Below, piece after piece: positions 1 to 9,989 of a stretch of DNA of 64,000 nucleotides (position 1 is the stretch's first letter; each line of letters begins with the position of its first letter). The translations under genes were made by a program, and so were the position numbers. Source of the stretch: an uncultured Acidobacteriota bacterium (GTDB lineage Bacteria > Acidobacteriota > Terriglobia > UBA7540). The notes beneath the pieces are model-generated. The model did not search any database and was not told the origin of the DNA. It saw nothing but the letters and a program-made list of their open reading frames with translations. The stretch is from the NCBI GenBank assembly GCA_963804995.1, contig CAWDSK010000005.1, positions 1,056,001 to 1,120,000 on the forward strand. The letters are read 5' to 3'.

Positions 1-469
1 GGGCGCAATGGCAGGGTCAGCGGTCGGCGGCACGTTAGACCTGGAGAACTCCCGGGTGGGGGTCGATTTCGTTGATGATGTAAAGCAACAACTGCAACCG
101 AACAAGTTCTCAGTCGTGGCGGAGATTCAAGAGGATTGGACGACCCCCGTCGACAGCCGCATGGAAGCGATCGGCGGGACCGTTTCCCGGCGCGCGCTGT
201 CCGAAGTAAAACACCAGGTCGATGATGCGGACGTCGCCGCCATGAAAGCCGATCTCGCCCAATTAAAGGCCGAACGCGCCAAGGCGCACGCCGACCGGAA
301 AGCAAAGCTCCAGGAGAAAATCCACCAGCTCAACTCCAAGATCCAAGCGTGGTTGGAAAAGGCCAAGGAGCGACGCCAGGCGGCGGAGGCCCAGGCGAAA
401 GCCAAGGTCGAAGTCCTTAAGGCCAAGGCAGCCGCCTTGAAGACCAAGGCGATGGAGACACATAAGTAG
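1..469 (+). CDS. DUF1269-family membrane protein with C-terminal coiled coil (5' truncated by window edge), array copy 1
   Basis: Paralogous to the downstream copies (RVGVDFVDDVKQQLQPNKFSVVAEIQEDWTTPVDSRMEAIGGTV.RR, then an A/K/E/Q-rich helix). Confidence 0.85.
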   Translation, partial: GAMAGSAVGGTLDLENSRVGVDFVDDVKQQLQPNKFSVVAEIQEDWTTPVDSRMEAIGGTVSRRALSEVKHQVDDADVAAMKADLAQLKAERAKAHADRKAKLQEKIHQLNSKIQAWLEKAKERRQAAEAQAKAKVEVLKAKAAALKTKAMETHK

Positions 470-588
470 CACCTGAGGCACTATCGATCGCGTGCTCCAA
501 CCGGCGTGATTGAAGGGGGATGGCAAATCAGTTGGTAGTGTCCTCTGATGATTCGTTGATACCCTTGACCATCACCCCACATTATTTT

Positions 589-682
589 TTAGCGAACTTT
601 GTGAATTCGCGAAGGTATTCCGACTCTGCGATGCGCTAATCCCTCCGCTTTGAGGGGCTTGCCATTTGGCGTTTGCATTGCA
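589..682 (+). promoter_or_regulatory. sigma54 promoter cassette 1 (palindromic UAS + IHF-like site + -24/-12)
   Basis: TTAGCGAA-c-TTTGTGAATTCGCGAA (598-613); TTTGAGGGGCTTG 649-661; TTGGCGTTTGCATTGCA with GG 668-669 and GC 680-681 (10-nt spacer). Confidence 0.85.
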
Positions 683-738
683 TTGAGGAAGCCGAAGGAC
701 TGTTATGAAGAGTGGAGAAAATGTAAAGGAGCAAGGCC

Positions 739-1452
739 ATGGACAGAATGCTGGTGGTTGTCTTTGACTCGGAACCCAAAGCATCCGAAGGAAAGAAGGC
801 GCTGCAGCAATTGGAAAACGAGGGCAGCATTGTGGTCTACTCCGACGCCGTGGTGTGCAGGCATGCAGATGGCACCACAACGGTGGGGCAAAGGGAAGAC
901 CCTGGATACCCAGGGATTTTGGTCGGAACCTCGTTGGGAGCCCTCATCGGTCTTCTGGGTGGGCCGCCCGGCTTCGTGATTGGCGCTCTTGCGGGTTTGG
1001 CTGCCGGCGGCACGGTGGACCTGAACAACGCCAGGATCGGGGAGGACTTCATTGAGGACGTGAGACAGCAACTCCTGCCGAACCGGTTTGCACTCGTCGC
1101 GGAGATTCAAGAGGATTGGACAGCCCCCGTCGATAGCCGCATGGAAGCTATCGGCGGAACGGTATTCCGGCGGGCGCTGTCAGCAGTGAAGCACACGGTC
1201 AACGAAGAAGAGATCGCCGCCATTAAAGCCGACCTCGCGCAATTGAAGGCAGAGCATGCCATGGCTCACGCTGAACGGAAGGCCAAGCTCCATGAAAAGA
1301 TCAACCAGCTCGAGTCCAAGATACAGGCGCAGCTCGAAAAATCCAAGCAGCGGCGCCAGGCATCGGACGCCCAGGCCAAAGCCAAGGTTGAGGTCATTAA
1401 GGCCAGGGCCGCCGCGTTGAAAGCCAAGGCGACAGGGACCCCCACCAGTTAG
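739..1452 (+). CDS. DUF1269-family glycine-zipper protein with coiled-coil tail, copy 2
   Basis: MDRMLVVVFD start, GxLVGTSLGALIGLLGGPxG zipper, AAGGAG RBS. Confidence 0.88.
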   Translation: MDRMLVVVFDSEPKASEGKKALQQLENEGSIVVYSDAVVCRHADGTTTVGQREDPGYPGILVGTSLGALIGLLGGPPGFVIGALAGLAAGGTVDLNNARIGEDFIEDVRQQLLPNRFALVAEIQEDWTAPVDSRMEAIGGTVFRRALSAVKHTVNEEEIAAIKADLAQLKAEHAMAHAERKAKLHEKINQLESKIQAQLEKSKQRRQASDAQAKAKVEVIKARAAALKAKATGTPTS

Positions 1453-1507
1453 CACCCCTCCAGGACTTGCAGCTCAAGCTTTCTCCGCTCAGAAGCCCAG
1501 CTGGGTT

Positions 1508-1601
1508 TTCACGAACTTCGCGAATTCGCGAAAGTATTCCGACTCTGCGATGCGCTAATCCCTCTGTTTTGAGGGGCTTGCCATTTGGCGCTTGCATTGC
1601 A
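1508..1601 (+). promoter_or_regulatory. sigma54 promoter cassette 2
   Basis: TTCACGAA-c-TTCGCGAATTCGCGAA (1517-1532); GG 1587-1588 and GC 1599-1600 in TTGGCGCTTGCATTGCA. Confidence 0.9.
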
Positions 1602-1657
1602 TTGAGGAAGCCGAACGACTGTTATGAAGAGTGGAGAAAATGAAAAGGAGCAATACC

Positions 1658-2371
1658 ATGGACAGAATGCTTGTGGTGGTCTTTGATACGGAAAACAAAG
1701 CCTATGAAGGATGGAAAACGCTTCATCAATTGGAAAGCGAGGGAAGCATCGTAGTCTATGCCTACGCCGTAGTTGCCAAGAATGCAGACGGCACCACAAC
1801 GGTAAAGCAAGGTCAAGATACGGGAGTGGTCGGGACTCTGGTGGGAACCTCACTGGGAGCCCTCATCGGTCTTCTCGGCGGGCCTGCGGGCGTCGTGATT
1901 GGCGCTGGTGTGGGGTTAGTTGCCGGCGGCACGGTGGACATTGACAGAACCAGGGTTGCGCAGGACTTTCTTGAGGATGTGAAAAAGGAACTGCTGCCGA
2001 ACAAGTTCGCAGTGGTCGCGGAGATTAAAGAAGACGAGACCCAGCCGGTGGACACTCGCATGGAAGCGATCGGTGGAACGGTATTTCGCCGGGCGCTGAG
2101 CGAAGTGAAGCACGTGGTGAACGACGAGGAGGTTGCCGCCATGAAAGCCGACCTCGCGCAATTGAAGGCAGAGCACGCCAAGGTACGTGCCGACCGGAAA
2201 GCCAAGCTGCATAAGAAGATCAACCAGCTTGAATCCAAGATCCAGGCTCGGCTGGAGAAGAACAAGCAGCAACGCCAGGCAGCGGAGGCACAGGAAAAGG
2301 CAAAGGTGGAGGTCCTTAAGGCCAAGGCTGCGGCTTTGAAGGCCAAGGCGGCAGGGACCCACACTTCTTAG
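1658..2371 (+). CDS. DUF1269-family glycine-zipper protein with coiled-coil tail, copy 3
   Basis: Same architecture as copy 2; start set at MDRML after AAGGAG. Confidence 0.88.
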   Translation: MDRMLVVVFDTENKAYEGWKTLHQLESEGSIVVYAYAVVAKNADGTTTVKQGQDTGVVGTLVGTSLGALIGLLGGPAGVVIGAGVGLVAGGTVDIDRTRVAQDFLEDVKKELLPNKFAVVAEIKEDETQPVDTRMEAIGGTVFRRALSEVKHVVNDEEVAAMKADLAQLKAEHAKVRADRKAKLHKKINQLESKIQARLEKNKQQRQAAEAQEKAKVEVLKAKAAALKAKAAGTHTS

Positions 2372-2446
2372 CGCCCCATGTGCTATGGAACTTAGGATTC
2401 AACCGGGGTGGGCAGACTCGCTCCGCTCAAAAATCCAACTTGGGTT

Positions 2447-2540
2447 TTCACGAACTTCGCGAATTCGCGAAAATATTCCGAATCTGTGATGCGCTAATCG
2501 ACCTGTTCTAAAGGGCTTACTAATTGGCTCTTGCATTGCA
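2447..2540 (+). promoter_or_regulatory. sigma54 promoter cassette 3
   Basis: TTCACGAA-c-TTCGCGAATTCGCGAA (2456-2471); GG 2526-2527 and GC 2538-2539 in TTGGCTCTTGCATTGCA. Confidence 0.9.
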
Positions 2541-2596
2541 ATGATGAAACCGAAGGCCTGCTACGACGAGAGGACAAAATGAAAAGGAGCAAAGCC

Positions 2597-3307
2597 ATGG
2601 ATAGAATGCTGGTGGTTACTTTCGATACGGAACCGAAAGCTTACGAAGGAAAGAAAGCGCTTATGCAATTGGAAGGCGAAGGCAGCATCGTAGTTTACGC
2701 CTACGCCGTGGTCGGCAGGAATGCCGATGGCACGACAACCGTAAGGCAAAGTGATGACCCGGGACCGCTCGGGACTCTAGTGGGAACGTCGGTGGGAGCC
2801 CTCATCGGTCTCCTCGGCGGGCCGGTCGGTTTGGCGGTTGGCACTGTTACCGGGATGTTTGCCGGCAGCACGGTGGACATCAACAACGCCAGGATTGGTG
2901 AAGACTTCATTGATGACGTGAAACAGCAACTCCAACCAAACAAGTTCGCCGTGGTGGCGGAGATCCAAGAAGACTGGACGACTCCGGTGGACACTCGCAT
3001 GGAAGCGATCGGGGGAACGGTCATCCGGCGTGCCCTGTCAGAAGTGAAGCAAACGGTTGACAACGAAGACGTCGCCGCCATGAAAGCCGACCTGGCGCAA
3101 ATGAAGGCTGAGCAAGCCAAGGCTCACGCCGACCGGAAAATCAAGCTCCTGGAAAAGATCAACCAGCTTGAGTCCAAGATCCAGGCGCAGCTCGAAAAAT
3201 CCAAGCAGCAGCGCCAGGCTGCGGAGGCCCAGGCGAAGGCCAAAGTCGAGGTCCTTAAGGCCAAGGCCGCGGCGTTGAAGGCCAAGGCGATGGAGACGCA
3301 CAACTAG
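2597..3307 (+). CDS. DUF1269-family glycine-zipper protein with coiled-coil tail, copy 4
   Basis: Same architecture; RBS AAGGAG. Confidence 0.88.
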   Translation: MDRMLVVTFDTEPKAYEGKKALMQLEGEGSIVVYAYAVVGRNADGTTTVRQSDDPGPLGTLVGTSVGALIGLLGGPVGLAVGTVTGMFAGSTVDINNARIGEDFIDDVKQQLQPNKFAVVAEIQEDWTTPVDTRMEAIGGTVIRRALSEVKQTVDNEDVAAMKADLAQMKAEQAKAHADRKIKLLEKINQLESKIQAQLEKSKQQRQAAEAQAKAKVEVLKAKAAALKAKAMETHN

Positions 3308-3741
3308 CACCCGGTGCGCTGTTGAACCCTGACTTCAACCAGAGTGGTTGCGGGGGTTGGGCTTCCAACAGGTTCAGCCTTCGTGGCCTGAGGATTTCGT
3401 GTCTGCCCAAGGGGGCATGATCGCGAGATACAAAGGCGACGAAGGCAGAACACGGAGCGCCGCTACCTGGGAGGTGGCTTATGGGGCTGAGAGGCGATGA
3501 CCATAACTTTTGTCCGACCATCCCGCCTTTCAGCATCGCGTTAATTCACTCGAGTGGCATTTTCGCGCACATCCATTGGTCTTAAAGAAGTTCAGCGCTG
3601 ATCCCAAGTCCGCGAGGCCGATTTTAGTTTCGAAAAACGCCTCGGAGGTGTTCTTGCACTGAAGGTGGGAAAAGCGCACCTCAGGATCGGGCTGCCAGGA
3701 GCGACAGGCAGATTCGAAAATATTCAGTATGCGAAGGGAGC

Positions 3742-4329
3742 ATGACAATGACGAAACTTTCTGATGTGTTTATGGCGGGGATAGAAGAAATTAGAAAATC
3801 ATGGGGCTGGTTCCTCGTGTTGGGGATCCTGCTGATGATTCTTGGCGTAGTGTGCATCGGCAAAGCGCAGACTGCAACCACTTTTTCAATCCTGGCGTTG
3901 GGCTGGGTTCTTGCGATCAGCGCGGTGTTCTGGCTCATTGGTTCGTTTCAAGCGCTGGGCTGGGGCGGGTTCTTCATATACCTGCTGAACGCGATCATTC
4001 GCGGAGTGACCGGATACCTCCTGATTCGTCACCCGGACGCCGGCGCGGCAGGGGTGACCATGCTGCTCGCGGTACTCTTCATCGTAGGCGGGCTGTTCCG
4101 CACCGCTGGCGCGAGCGTTATCCGATTCCCTTGGTGGGGGTGGACGGCCTTTGCGGGACTCATCTCCATCGGTCTCGGTGTCTACCTGTTGGCCATTTGG
4201 GCTACCGCGAGCACCTTTTTTATTGGTATCGCCATCGGCGTGGACCTGATCTTCGACTCCGCGGCCCTGATAGCCTTTGCCGCCGCGATTCACAGTTTGC
4301 CTTCGGCGCAAAGCTACAAGGCCGCCTGA
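3742..4329 (+). CDS. hdeD: HdeD/DUF308 family membrane protein
   Basis: WGWFLVLGILLMILG start, ~6 TM segments, IGIAIGVDLIF motif. Confidence 0.85.
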   Translation: MTMTKLSDVFMAGIEEIRKSWGWFLVLGILLMILGVVCIGKAQTATTFSILALGWVLAISAVFWLIGSFQALGWGGFFIYLLNAIIRGVTGYLLIRHPDAGAAGVTMLLAVLFIVGGLFRTAGASVIRFPWWGWTAFAGLISIGLGVYLLAIWATASTFFIGIAIGVDLIFDSAALIAFAAAIHSLPSAQSYKAA

Positions 4330-4398
4330 TCGCCCACTGGGCACATGGCGTGTAAGGGGCGGGATAGCGCAGACGGTGAAACGTGGGAGTAGAGGAGT

Positions 4399-5481
4399 AT
4401 GTTTTCGCTCGACAATCGTGCCGGGAATGTAATCACCACGGTGGCGGTCTACATGATCGCGGCGGCGGTCCTCTATATCGGACGTGGGGCGTTCCTCATT
4501 TTGCTGCTGTCCCTGCTCTTTGCGTACTTGCTGGAACCGGCGGTCACGTGGCTGCAGCAGCATTCATGGGTGGGCCGGAAGAACCGCACTGGGGCGATTG
4601 CACAGGTCTATCTGATCGGGATTCTTGTGCTAGGTAGCGTGGGGTACAAGTTAGGTCCGCATGTTGCGGCGCAAATAAAGAACCTGAATGCGGCGGTGCC
4701 CGAGATCTTGCAAGACCTTTCCAGTGGCAGGCCTCCTACGGGTCTGGGAGGCAAGCACGCCTTGAGCGACGCCCAGCAACAACAGATACAAGACTTATTG
4801 GCTCGTAACCGTGATTTCATCGCCCGTGCTTTCGAGCGCGGTGCGGCCTCCATAGGGTACATCGCCGCGAGCGCGATATGGCTTTTCCCCATCCCCATTC
4901 TGGCCGCCTTCATCTTACGGGACGGACGGCAGATGGCGGAGGCAATGCTGGAAGCCGCTGCACCGGGTCAGGAGGAAACACCGTTCAAGAGGATTGTGCG
5001 GCGGGTTGATACGATGCTGGGCAAGTACATTCGCGCCCAACTGGCCCTGGCGGGCCTCTCCTTCGGCTTCTACAGCATCTCCATGCTGGTCCTGGGATTC
5101 CCCTATGCGATTGCGCTGGGCTTGCTGGGAGGCGCTCTGGAATTCCTTCCCGTGGTGGGATGGATCATTTCGGCCCTAGCCTTTCTAACGGTCGGTTTCC
5201 TGACCCACTCCCACTGGATCTGGATGGCAGGATTGGTGGTGGCGTGGAGGCTAGTGCAGGATTATGTGAACTCGCCGCGCATTATGGGTAACAGCTTGGA
5301 GCTACGACCCCTGACCGTGGTGTTTGCGCTCATGGTGGGAGGTCAGGTGGGTGGAATTGCGGGCGTGTACCTTTCGGTGCCTGCCGTCGCCGTGCTCCGA
5401 ATCGTGTGGCTGGAATGTCTCGCGGCCCGGAAGTCCTCGACGGTCGTCGCCGAGCCGTCGCTCATGCAGGTGAAGGCATGA
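4399..5481 (+). CDS. AI-2E family transporter (PerM/TqsA-like)
   Basis: AYLLEPAV, YIRAQL, SPRIMG.SLELRP, GGIAGVYLSVP motifs. Confidence 0.9.
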   Translation: MFSLDNRAGNVITTVAVYMIAAAVLYIGRGAFLILLLSLLFAYLLEPAVTWLQQHSWVGRKNRTGAIAQVYLIGILVLGSVGYKLGPHVAAQIKNLNAAVPEILQDLSSGRPPTGLGGKHALSDAQQQQIQDLLARNRDFIARAFERGAASIGYIAASAIWLFPIPILAAFILRDGRQMAEAMLEAAAPGQEETPFKRIVRRVDTMLGKYIRAQLALAGLSFGFYSISMLVLGFPYAIALGLLGGALEFLPVVGWIISALAFLTVGFLTHSHWIWMAGLVVAWRLVQDYVNSPRIMGNSLELRPLTVVFALMVGGQVGGIAGVYLSVPAVAVLRIVWLECLAARKSSTVVAEPSLMQVKA

Positions 5482-5541
5482 ATTGCGGTAAGCGCCGGAG
5501 CGGTCTTGTCTTGGCGGCAGCGCAGCGTTTAAGGAGCTAAG

Positions 5542-5736
5542 GTGATCACCATAACTTTAATCGGGCCCGACAAGGCGCAGTCCATAATCGAGATAAGTAA
5601 GGACACCACCGTGCGCGACGTGGCGACTTCCAAGTACCACTTGTTTTGGCGGACCACTAAAAGAAACGGTATAAGCGTTATTCCATTCACGACGACAGTT
5701 GTGGAAGGCGATACCGTGACCGTGGAAAACGCCTGA
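5542..5736 (+). CDS. small protein, possible ubiquitin-like beta-grasp fold
   Basis: AAGGAG RBS before GTG; pattern ITLIG..IEISKDTTVRDV...VVEGDTVTV. Confidence 0.45.
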   Translation: MITITLIGPDKAQSIIEISKDTTVRDVATSKYHLFWRTTKRNGISVIPFTTTVVEGDTVTVENA

Positions 5737-5738
5737 TT

Positions 5739-5930
5739 ATGCTTGAATCGAGAACGCGGACACGCTACTTCGCTGGAGTCTCAAGGGATACTTCTTCTGG
5801 CATTCACCGAATCGGCCATGCGGCCGTGTTTTATTACGGCGCAGCCTTTGCCGTAGCGGGGATTATCGGATTGCTACTCTTGATTCCAGGGAAACATAAC
5901 AATCAACCTGCCGCTGAAAATCCGAGCTGA
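5739..5930 (+). pseudogene. MFS transporter remnant (N-terminus joined to last TM helix)
   Basis: RYFAGVSRDT then LLAF in a shifted frame, followed directly by RIGHAAVFYYGAAFAVAGIIGLLLLIP, typical of an MFS C-terminus. Confidence 0.5.
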
Positions 5931-5948
5931 CAATCACTCCCCATTATT

Positions 5949-6041
5949 TTCACGAGCTTCGCGAATTCGCGAAGAGATGACGAGTTTTTGATTCGCCTGT
6001 CGAAGTGTTTTCAAGGGCTTAGGTTTGGCCTTCGTATTGCC
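5949..6041 (+). promoter_or_regulatory. sigma54 promoter cassette 4
   Basis: TTCACGAG-c-TTCGCGAATTCGCGAA (5958-5973); IHF-like TTTCAAGGGCTTA 6009-6021; GG 6027-6028, GC 6039-6040. Confidence 0.88.
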
Positions 6042-6130
6042 CAACCCTACGGAGAGATCGAGGAGAAGAGTCACCGGGGTGACGAAGACTCACGATCAAA
6101 TCAAAGGGCAAGCAGTCCAAAGGAGGACTT

Positions 6131-6658
6131 ATGGCCGACAAAGCGAACAAAACGGTTTTTGTCTACGTTGCGAGTTACGCGAATCTCGATAACGCGAAGG
6201 CAGACTATGCGGGGGTGAAGCAGCTTTATTTTGACGGCGTCATCGGCGTGTATGATGCCGCAGTTATCAGCAAAGACGCGACTGGTCAGGTGAAGATCAA
6301 CAAGACCGAGATGCCGACGCAGTATGGGGCATGGGGTGGCTTGGCAGTGGGAGCTCTGGTTGGCATCTTCTTCCCGCCGTACCTGGTGTGGGAACTCGCG
6401 GCCGGGGCTGGCGCTGGATCTCTGATTGGGCACTTTTGGGGAGGAATGTCGCGTTCCGATCTGAAGGAGATTGGGGACACCCTTCAGGCGAGCACGGCGG
6501 CCCTGATCGTAATCGGCCGGTCGAGGCTGGAAGAGGCTTTGGCGGGAGCTACCAAGCACGCTGTGAAGCAGTTTGAAAAGGAACTGAGCACCGACGTCGA
6601 CGCCTTTAACAAGGAACTGACGAAGGCCGTCAGCCAATCGCTGAAGGCCACCTCATGA
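6131..6658 (+). CDS. DUF1269-family protein (short form, no long coiled coil)
   Basis: YDAAVISKDATGQVKI, GAWGGLAVGALVGIFFPP, GMSRSDLKEIG motifs; AGGAGG RBS. Confidence 0.85.
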   Translation: MADKANKTVFVYVASYANLDNAKADYAGVKQLYFDGVIGVYDAAVISKDATGQVKINKTEMPTQYGAWGGLAVGALVGIFFPPYLVWELAAGAGAGSLIGHFWGGMSRSDLKEIGDTLQASTAALIVIGRSRLEEALAGATKHAVKQFEKELSTDVDAFNKELTKAVSQSLKATS

Positions 6659-6695
6659 AAGACCTGAACTCCAATGAATAAGGCGAAAGACCGTC

Positions 6696-7406
6696 ATGGA
6701 CAGAATGCTGGTAGTGGTTTTTGATGACGAGAGCAAAGCCTACGAAGGAAAGAAGGTGCTTGAGCAACTGGATGGCGACGGCAGCATCTGTGTTTACGGC
6801 CACGCGGTGGTGGTGAAAAATCCAGACGGCACAACAACAGTAAGGCAAAGTGATGACCGGGGCCCCCTCGGGACCCTGGTCGGAACCCTGCTGGGAAGCC
6901 TGATCGGTCTACTAGGCGGGCCGACCGGTTCCGCCGTCGGCGCTGCTGTGGGGTTTGTTGGCGGCGCTGCGGCGGACCTGAACAAGGCCAGGATTGGTGA
7001 CGACTTTATTGTTGATGTGGCCAAGGTTCTGCTGCCAAACCGGGCGGCAGTAGTGGCGGAGATTGAAGAAGACTCGACTACGGCCGTGGACACCCGTATG
7101 GAGGCGATCGGCGGCACTACATTCCGCAGGGCCGTCTCAGGGGTTAAACACACGATCCACGACGAGAACCTTGCCGCCATCAAAGCCGAACTAGCCCAGA
7201 GGACGGCAGAGCTTGCCAAGGCTCATGCGGACCGAAAAGCCAAGCTCCAGGAAAAGATCAACCAGCTTGAATCCAAGCTACAAGCTTGGCTGGAGGAAGA
7301 CCAAGAGCGACGTCAGGCGGCGGAGCACGAAGCCCAGGCAAAAGCCCTGATACTCAAGGCTAAGGCAGCAGTCGCCAAGGCTAGGGCGGCGGAGACACAC
7401 ATTTAG
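6696..7406 (+). CDS. DUF1269-family glycine-zipper protein with coiled-coil tail, copy 5
   Basis: MDRMLVVVFD paralog of copies 1-4. Confidence 0.88.
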   Translation: MDRMLVVVFDDESKAYEGKKVLEQLDGDGSICVYGHAVVVKNPDGTTTVRQSDDRGPLGTLVGTLLGSLIGLLGGPTGSAVGAAVGFVGGAAADLNKARIGDDFIVDVAKVLLPNRAAVVAEIEEDSTTAVDTRMEAIGGTTFRRAVSGVKHTIHDENLAAIKAELAQRTAELAKAHADRKAKLQEKINQLESKLQAWLEEDQERRQAAEHEAQAKALILKAKAAVAKARAAETHI

Positions 7407-7435
7407 TTGTATCGGTTCTACTGAGGAGGCCGCGG

Positions 7436-8552
7436 ATGCAATCCAACATTAAACTGGGAAGAATCCACGGAATCGAGATTGGGCTTCACTATAGCTGGTT
7501 CATCATCGCGGCCCTGATCATGTTCTCCCTCGGCGAGCACTTCCGTCTCGTTTACCCGAACTGGGGCACAAACCAGATCTGGATCACGGCATTGTTCACC
7601 GCTGTCCTGTTTTTCGTCAGCTTGCTGTTACACGAACTCTCCCATTCATTGGTGGCACAGGCCCGCGGGTTGAAAGTCAAGGCGATCACTCTGTTTGCGC
7701 TCGGCGGTGTTTCTCAAATCGAGAGCGACGCCACTGATGCGAAGACAGAATTCTGGGTCGCGATTGCCGGGCCGATCGCCAGCCTGATTATCGGATTTGG
7801 TTGCCTCGGCATTGCTTCCGGTCTGGGATGGCGGCGTCCGGCCGAACCCGCGGACCGCGGTGACCGCGGTCCTGGTGTGGCTGGGATATATCAACGTGGC
7901 TCTCGCGGTCTTCAACATGATTCCTGGCTTTCCACTCGATGGCGGCCGGGTGCTGCGCGCGATCGTGTGGGCGATTACCAAGAACCCAGACAGGTCCACC
8001 CGCATCGCCGCGCGCGTCGGCCAAGTCGTGGCCTTTCTATTCATTCTCTATGGAATATGGCAGTTCTTTGGTGGCGCCGGCTTTGGGGGGCTGTGGATCG
8101 CATTCATCGGCTGGTTTCTCATGGATGCGGCCAAAGCCAGTTACGGTCAGGCGGAGATTACGACGGCGTTTCAGGGCGTGCGAGTCTCTTCGGTGATGTC
8201 ACGTGATTGCGTTATTGTGAACCGCGGCATGAGTTTGCAGGAGTTTGTGGATTCGTACCTTCTAAGGACCGGCCAGCGCTGCTACGCCGTGGAGGACCAG
8301 GGCCGGCTGGTGGGCCTCATTACCCCACGCGATGTTGGCGCCATAGCGCGCGAGCGTTGGGACATGACCACCGTGCGCGAAGCCATGCGACCGCTGGAAA
8401 AGTTGCACATCATTACTCCTGACACGCAGGTTTTGGATGCCCTAAAACTCATGGCCGGCAATGATGTCAACCAACTACCGGTGGTTGCGAATGGCACTTT
8501 GCAAGGCGTTGTCTCTCGTTCCCAGCTTATGCAATTACTACAGATTGCTTAA
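7436..8552 (+). pseudogene. site-2 protease (M50) with CBS pair, frameshifted near 7848 (real or sequencing error)
   Basis: HELSH zinc motif in the first frame; [13 protein letters not shown] and CBS domains in the second; one extra C in the CCC run restores the frame. Confidence 0.85.
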
Positions 8553-8630
8553 GGGTAGAAGGAGAATCGAGGAGGAATGTTAGCGGCGTGAGGAAATCTC
8601 GCGGTCAAACCAATTCAAAGGAGAACGATC

Positions 8631-8921
8631 ATGGCAGACGAGACAAAGACATTCGAAGAGAACGTCAGGGCGCAGTTGGAGAAAAGCAAATCGCAGTTGC
8701 AAGAGATCGAAGCTCTTACCAAAGGAAGAGCCTCACAAGCGGTGAACGATGCAATCAACGGCCTCAAGAATAAGAGCCAAGAGATCGATAAGAAGTATCA
8801 AGGACTGAAGACCTCGGCCGACACAAAGGTTAAGGCTGAGATCCAGGAAGACCTGGAAAAATTCAACGTCACATTAGGACAAGTCGCTGCGAAGCTGAAG
8901 ACCCCAGCGCCCTCGAAGTAA
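8631..8921 (+). CDS. small coiled-coil protein
   Basis: AAGGAG RBS; all-helical K/E/Q-rich 96 aa. Confidence 0.75.
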   Translation: MADETKTFEENVRAQLEKSKSQLQEIEALTKGRASQAVNDAINGLKNKSQEIDKKYQGLKTSADTKVKAEIQEDLEKFNVTLGQVAAKLKTPAPSK

Positions 8922-9065
8922 GTGAAACTCGGGATCAACGACCGCCCGCGGAATGATTAGATCCATCGCCCAAGGGGCTCGAATCCTTCCGGGCTTCCCC
9001 GGGCGGTCGCGTTTGAGCATTCTGAGCCGCGTCCTCGTGTCTGCTTTAAAGTCGTTTGCAAAAAA

Positions 9066-9356
9066 ATGCGGACATTAACCGCATGCGGTACAAGAGAACC
9101 TTGCGATGCCGTCCTCTCACGGCAGTTCGTGATTGTAGTTGCCCTTTTCTTCGCGACCAATCTTGGGGCATGGGCCCAAGCCATTCCCTCTGGCCGCACA
9201 AAGGGGCCTCGTCGATTGGCTGCCTTGCGCATGCATCATAAACCCAGACGCAGCGGGGGCGGTTGGGGTGGTGGGGGTTTTGGGGGAGGTGGCGGAGGTT
9301 TCGGGGGTTTTGGTGGAGGTTCCTCGGGTGGGGGTGGCGCCGGCGGAGGCTGGTGA
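9066..9356 (+). pseudogene. TPM-domain (YgcG-like) protein remnant: signal peptide joined to Gly-rich tail
   Basis: Signal-like FVIVVALFFATNLGAWAQ, then GGGGFGGFGGGSSGGGGAGGGW, the typical tail of TPM partners of LemA; the middle is missing. Confidence 0.65.
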
Positions 9357-9394
9357 CAGATCCTCATACAGAGAAAATTTAGAGGAGGAAGGTC

Positions 9395-9976
9395 ATGAAA
9401 ATACTATTGGCGGTGGTGGGATTCCTGGCGCTGATGGCACTCATTATTGGAGGAGCTTACGTCAGCAGCCGAAACGAAATGGTCCGCAAAAATGAGGCTA
9501 TCAAACAGGCATGGGCGCAGGTAGATGTGGTGCTGCAACGGCGCGCCGACCTGATTCCGAACCTCGTGGCAACCGTGAAAGGTTATGCGCAACAAGAGGT
9601 GAAAGTGTTCGGAGATGTCGACAATGCCCGCGCCGCATTGTTGAGTGCCCGGACGCCGGCGGACAAGATTGCTGCGAATGGCCAATTGGATGGCGCCTTG
9701 GGCAAGCTGCTGGCCATCGTCGAGAACTATCCCAATCTCAAATCCAATCAGAACTTTCTGGCCTTGCAGGACGAATTGGCCGGAACCGAAAACCGCATTG
9801 CCGTCGAACGCCGCCGGTATAACGAGGCCATTCAGGATTACAATACCTACATCGGCCTTTTCCCCAATAACATCTTCGCCGGATGGGCTGGATTCCAGCG
9901 GAATAACGACTACTTCGCTGCTTCCGAGCCCGCGCGCCAAGCGCCTAAAGTGGATTTCAGCGCGCCCAAGCAGTGA
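9395..9976 (+). CDS. lemA: LemA family protein
   Basis: LQRRADLIPNLV.TVKGY, ENYPNLKSNQNF, ENRIAVERRRYN. Confidence 0.95.
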   Translation: MKILLAVVGFLALMALIIGGAYVSSRNEMVRKNEAIKQAWAQVDVVLQRRADLIPNLVATVKGYAQQEVKVFGDVDNARAALLSARTPADKIAANGQLDGALGKLLAIVENYPNLKSNQNFLALQDELAGTENRIAVERRRYNEAIQDYNTYIGLFPNNIFAGWAGFQRNNDYFAASEPARQAPKVDFSAPKQ

Positions 9977-9989
9977 TCCCATTATTTTT

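Noticed and set aside
589..2540. Regularly spaced palindromic repeats as a CRISPR array or integron attC cassette array
   Set aside because: Spacers are ~900-bp paralogous genes; there are no cas or integrase genes and no attC R/L box structure. The repeats sit at a fixed distance from sigma54 boxes, so promoters explain them better.
3643..3658. CGGAGGTGTTCTTGCA as a sigma54 promoter for hdeD
   Set aside because: GG-N10-GC spacing fits, but the -24 context is poor and no UAS lies 69-70 bp upstream; may be chance
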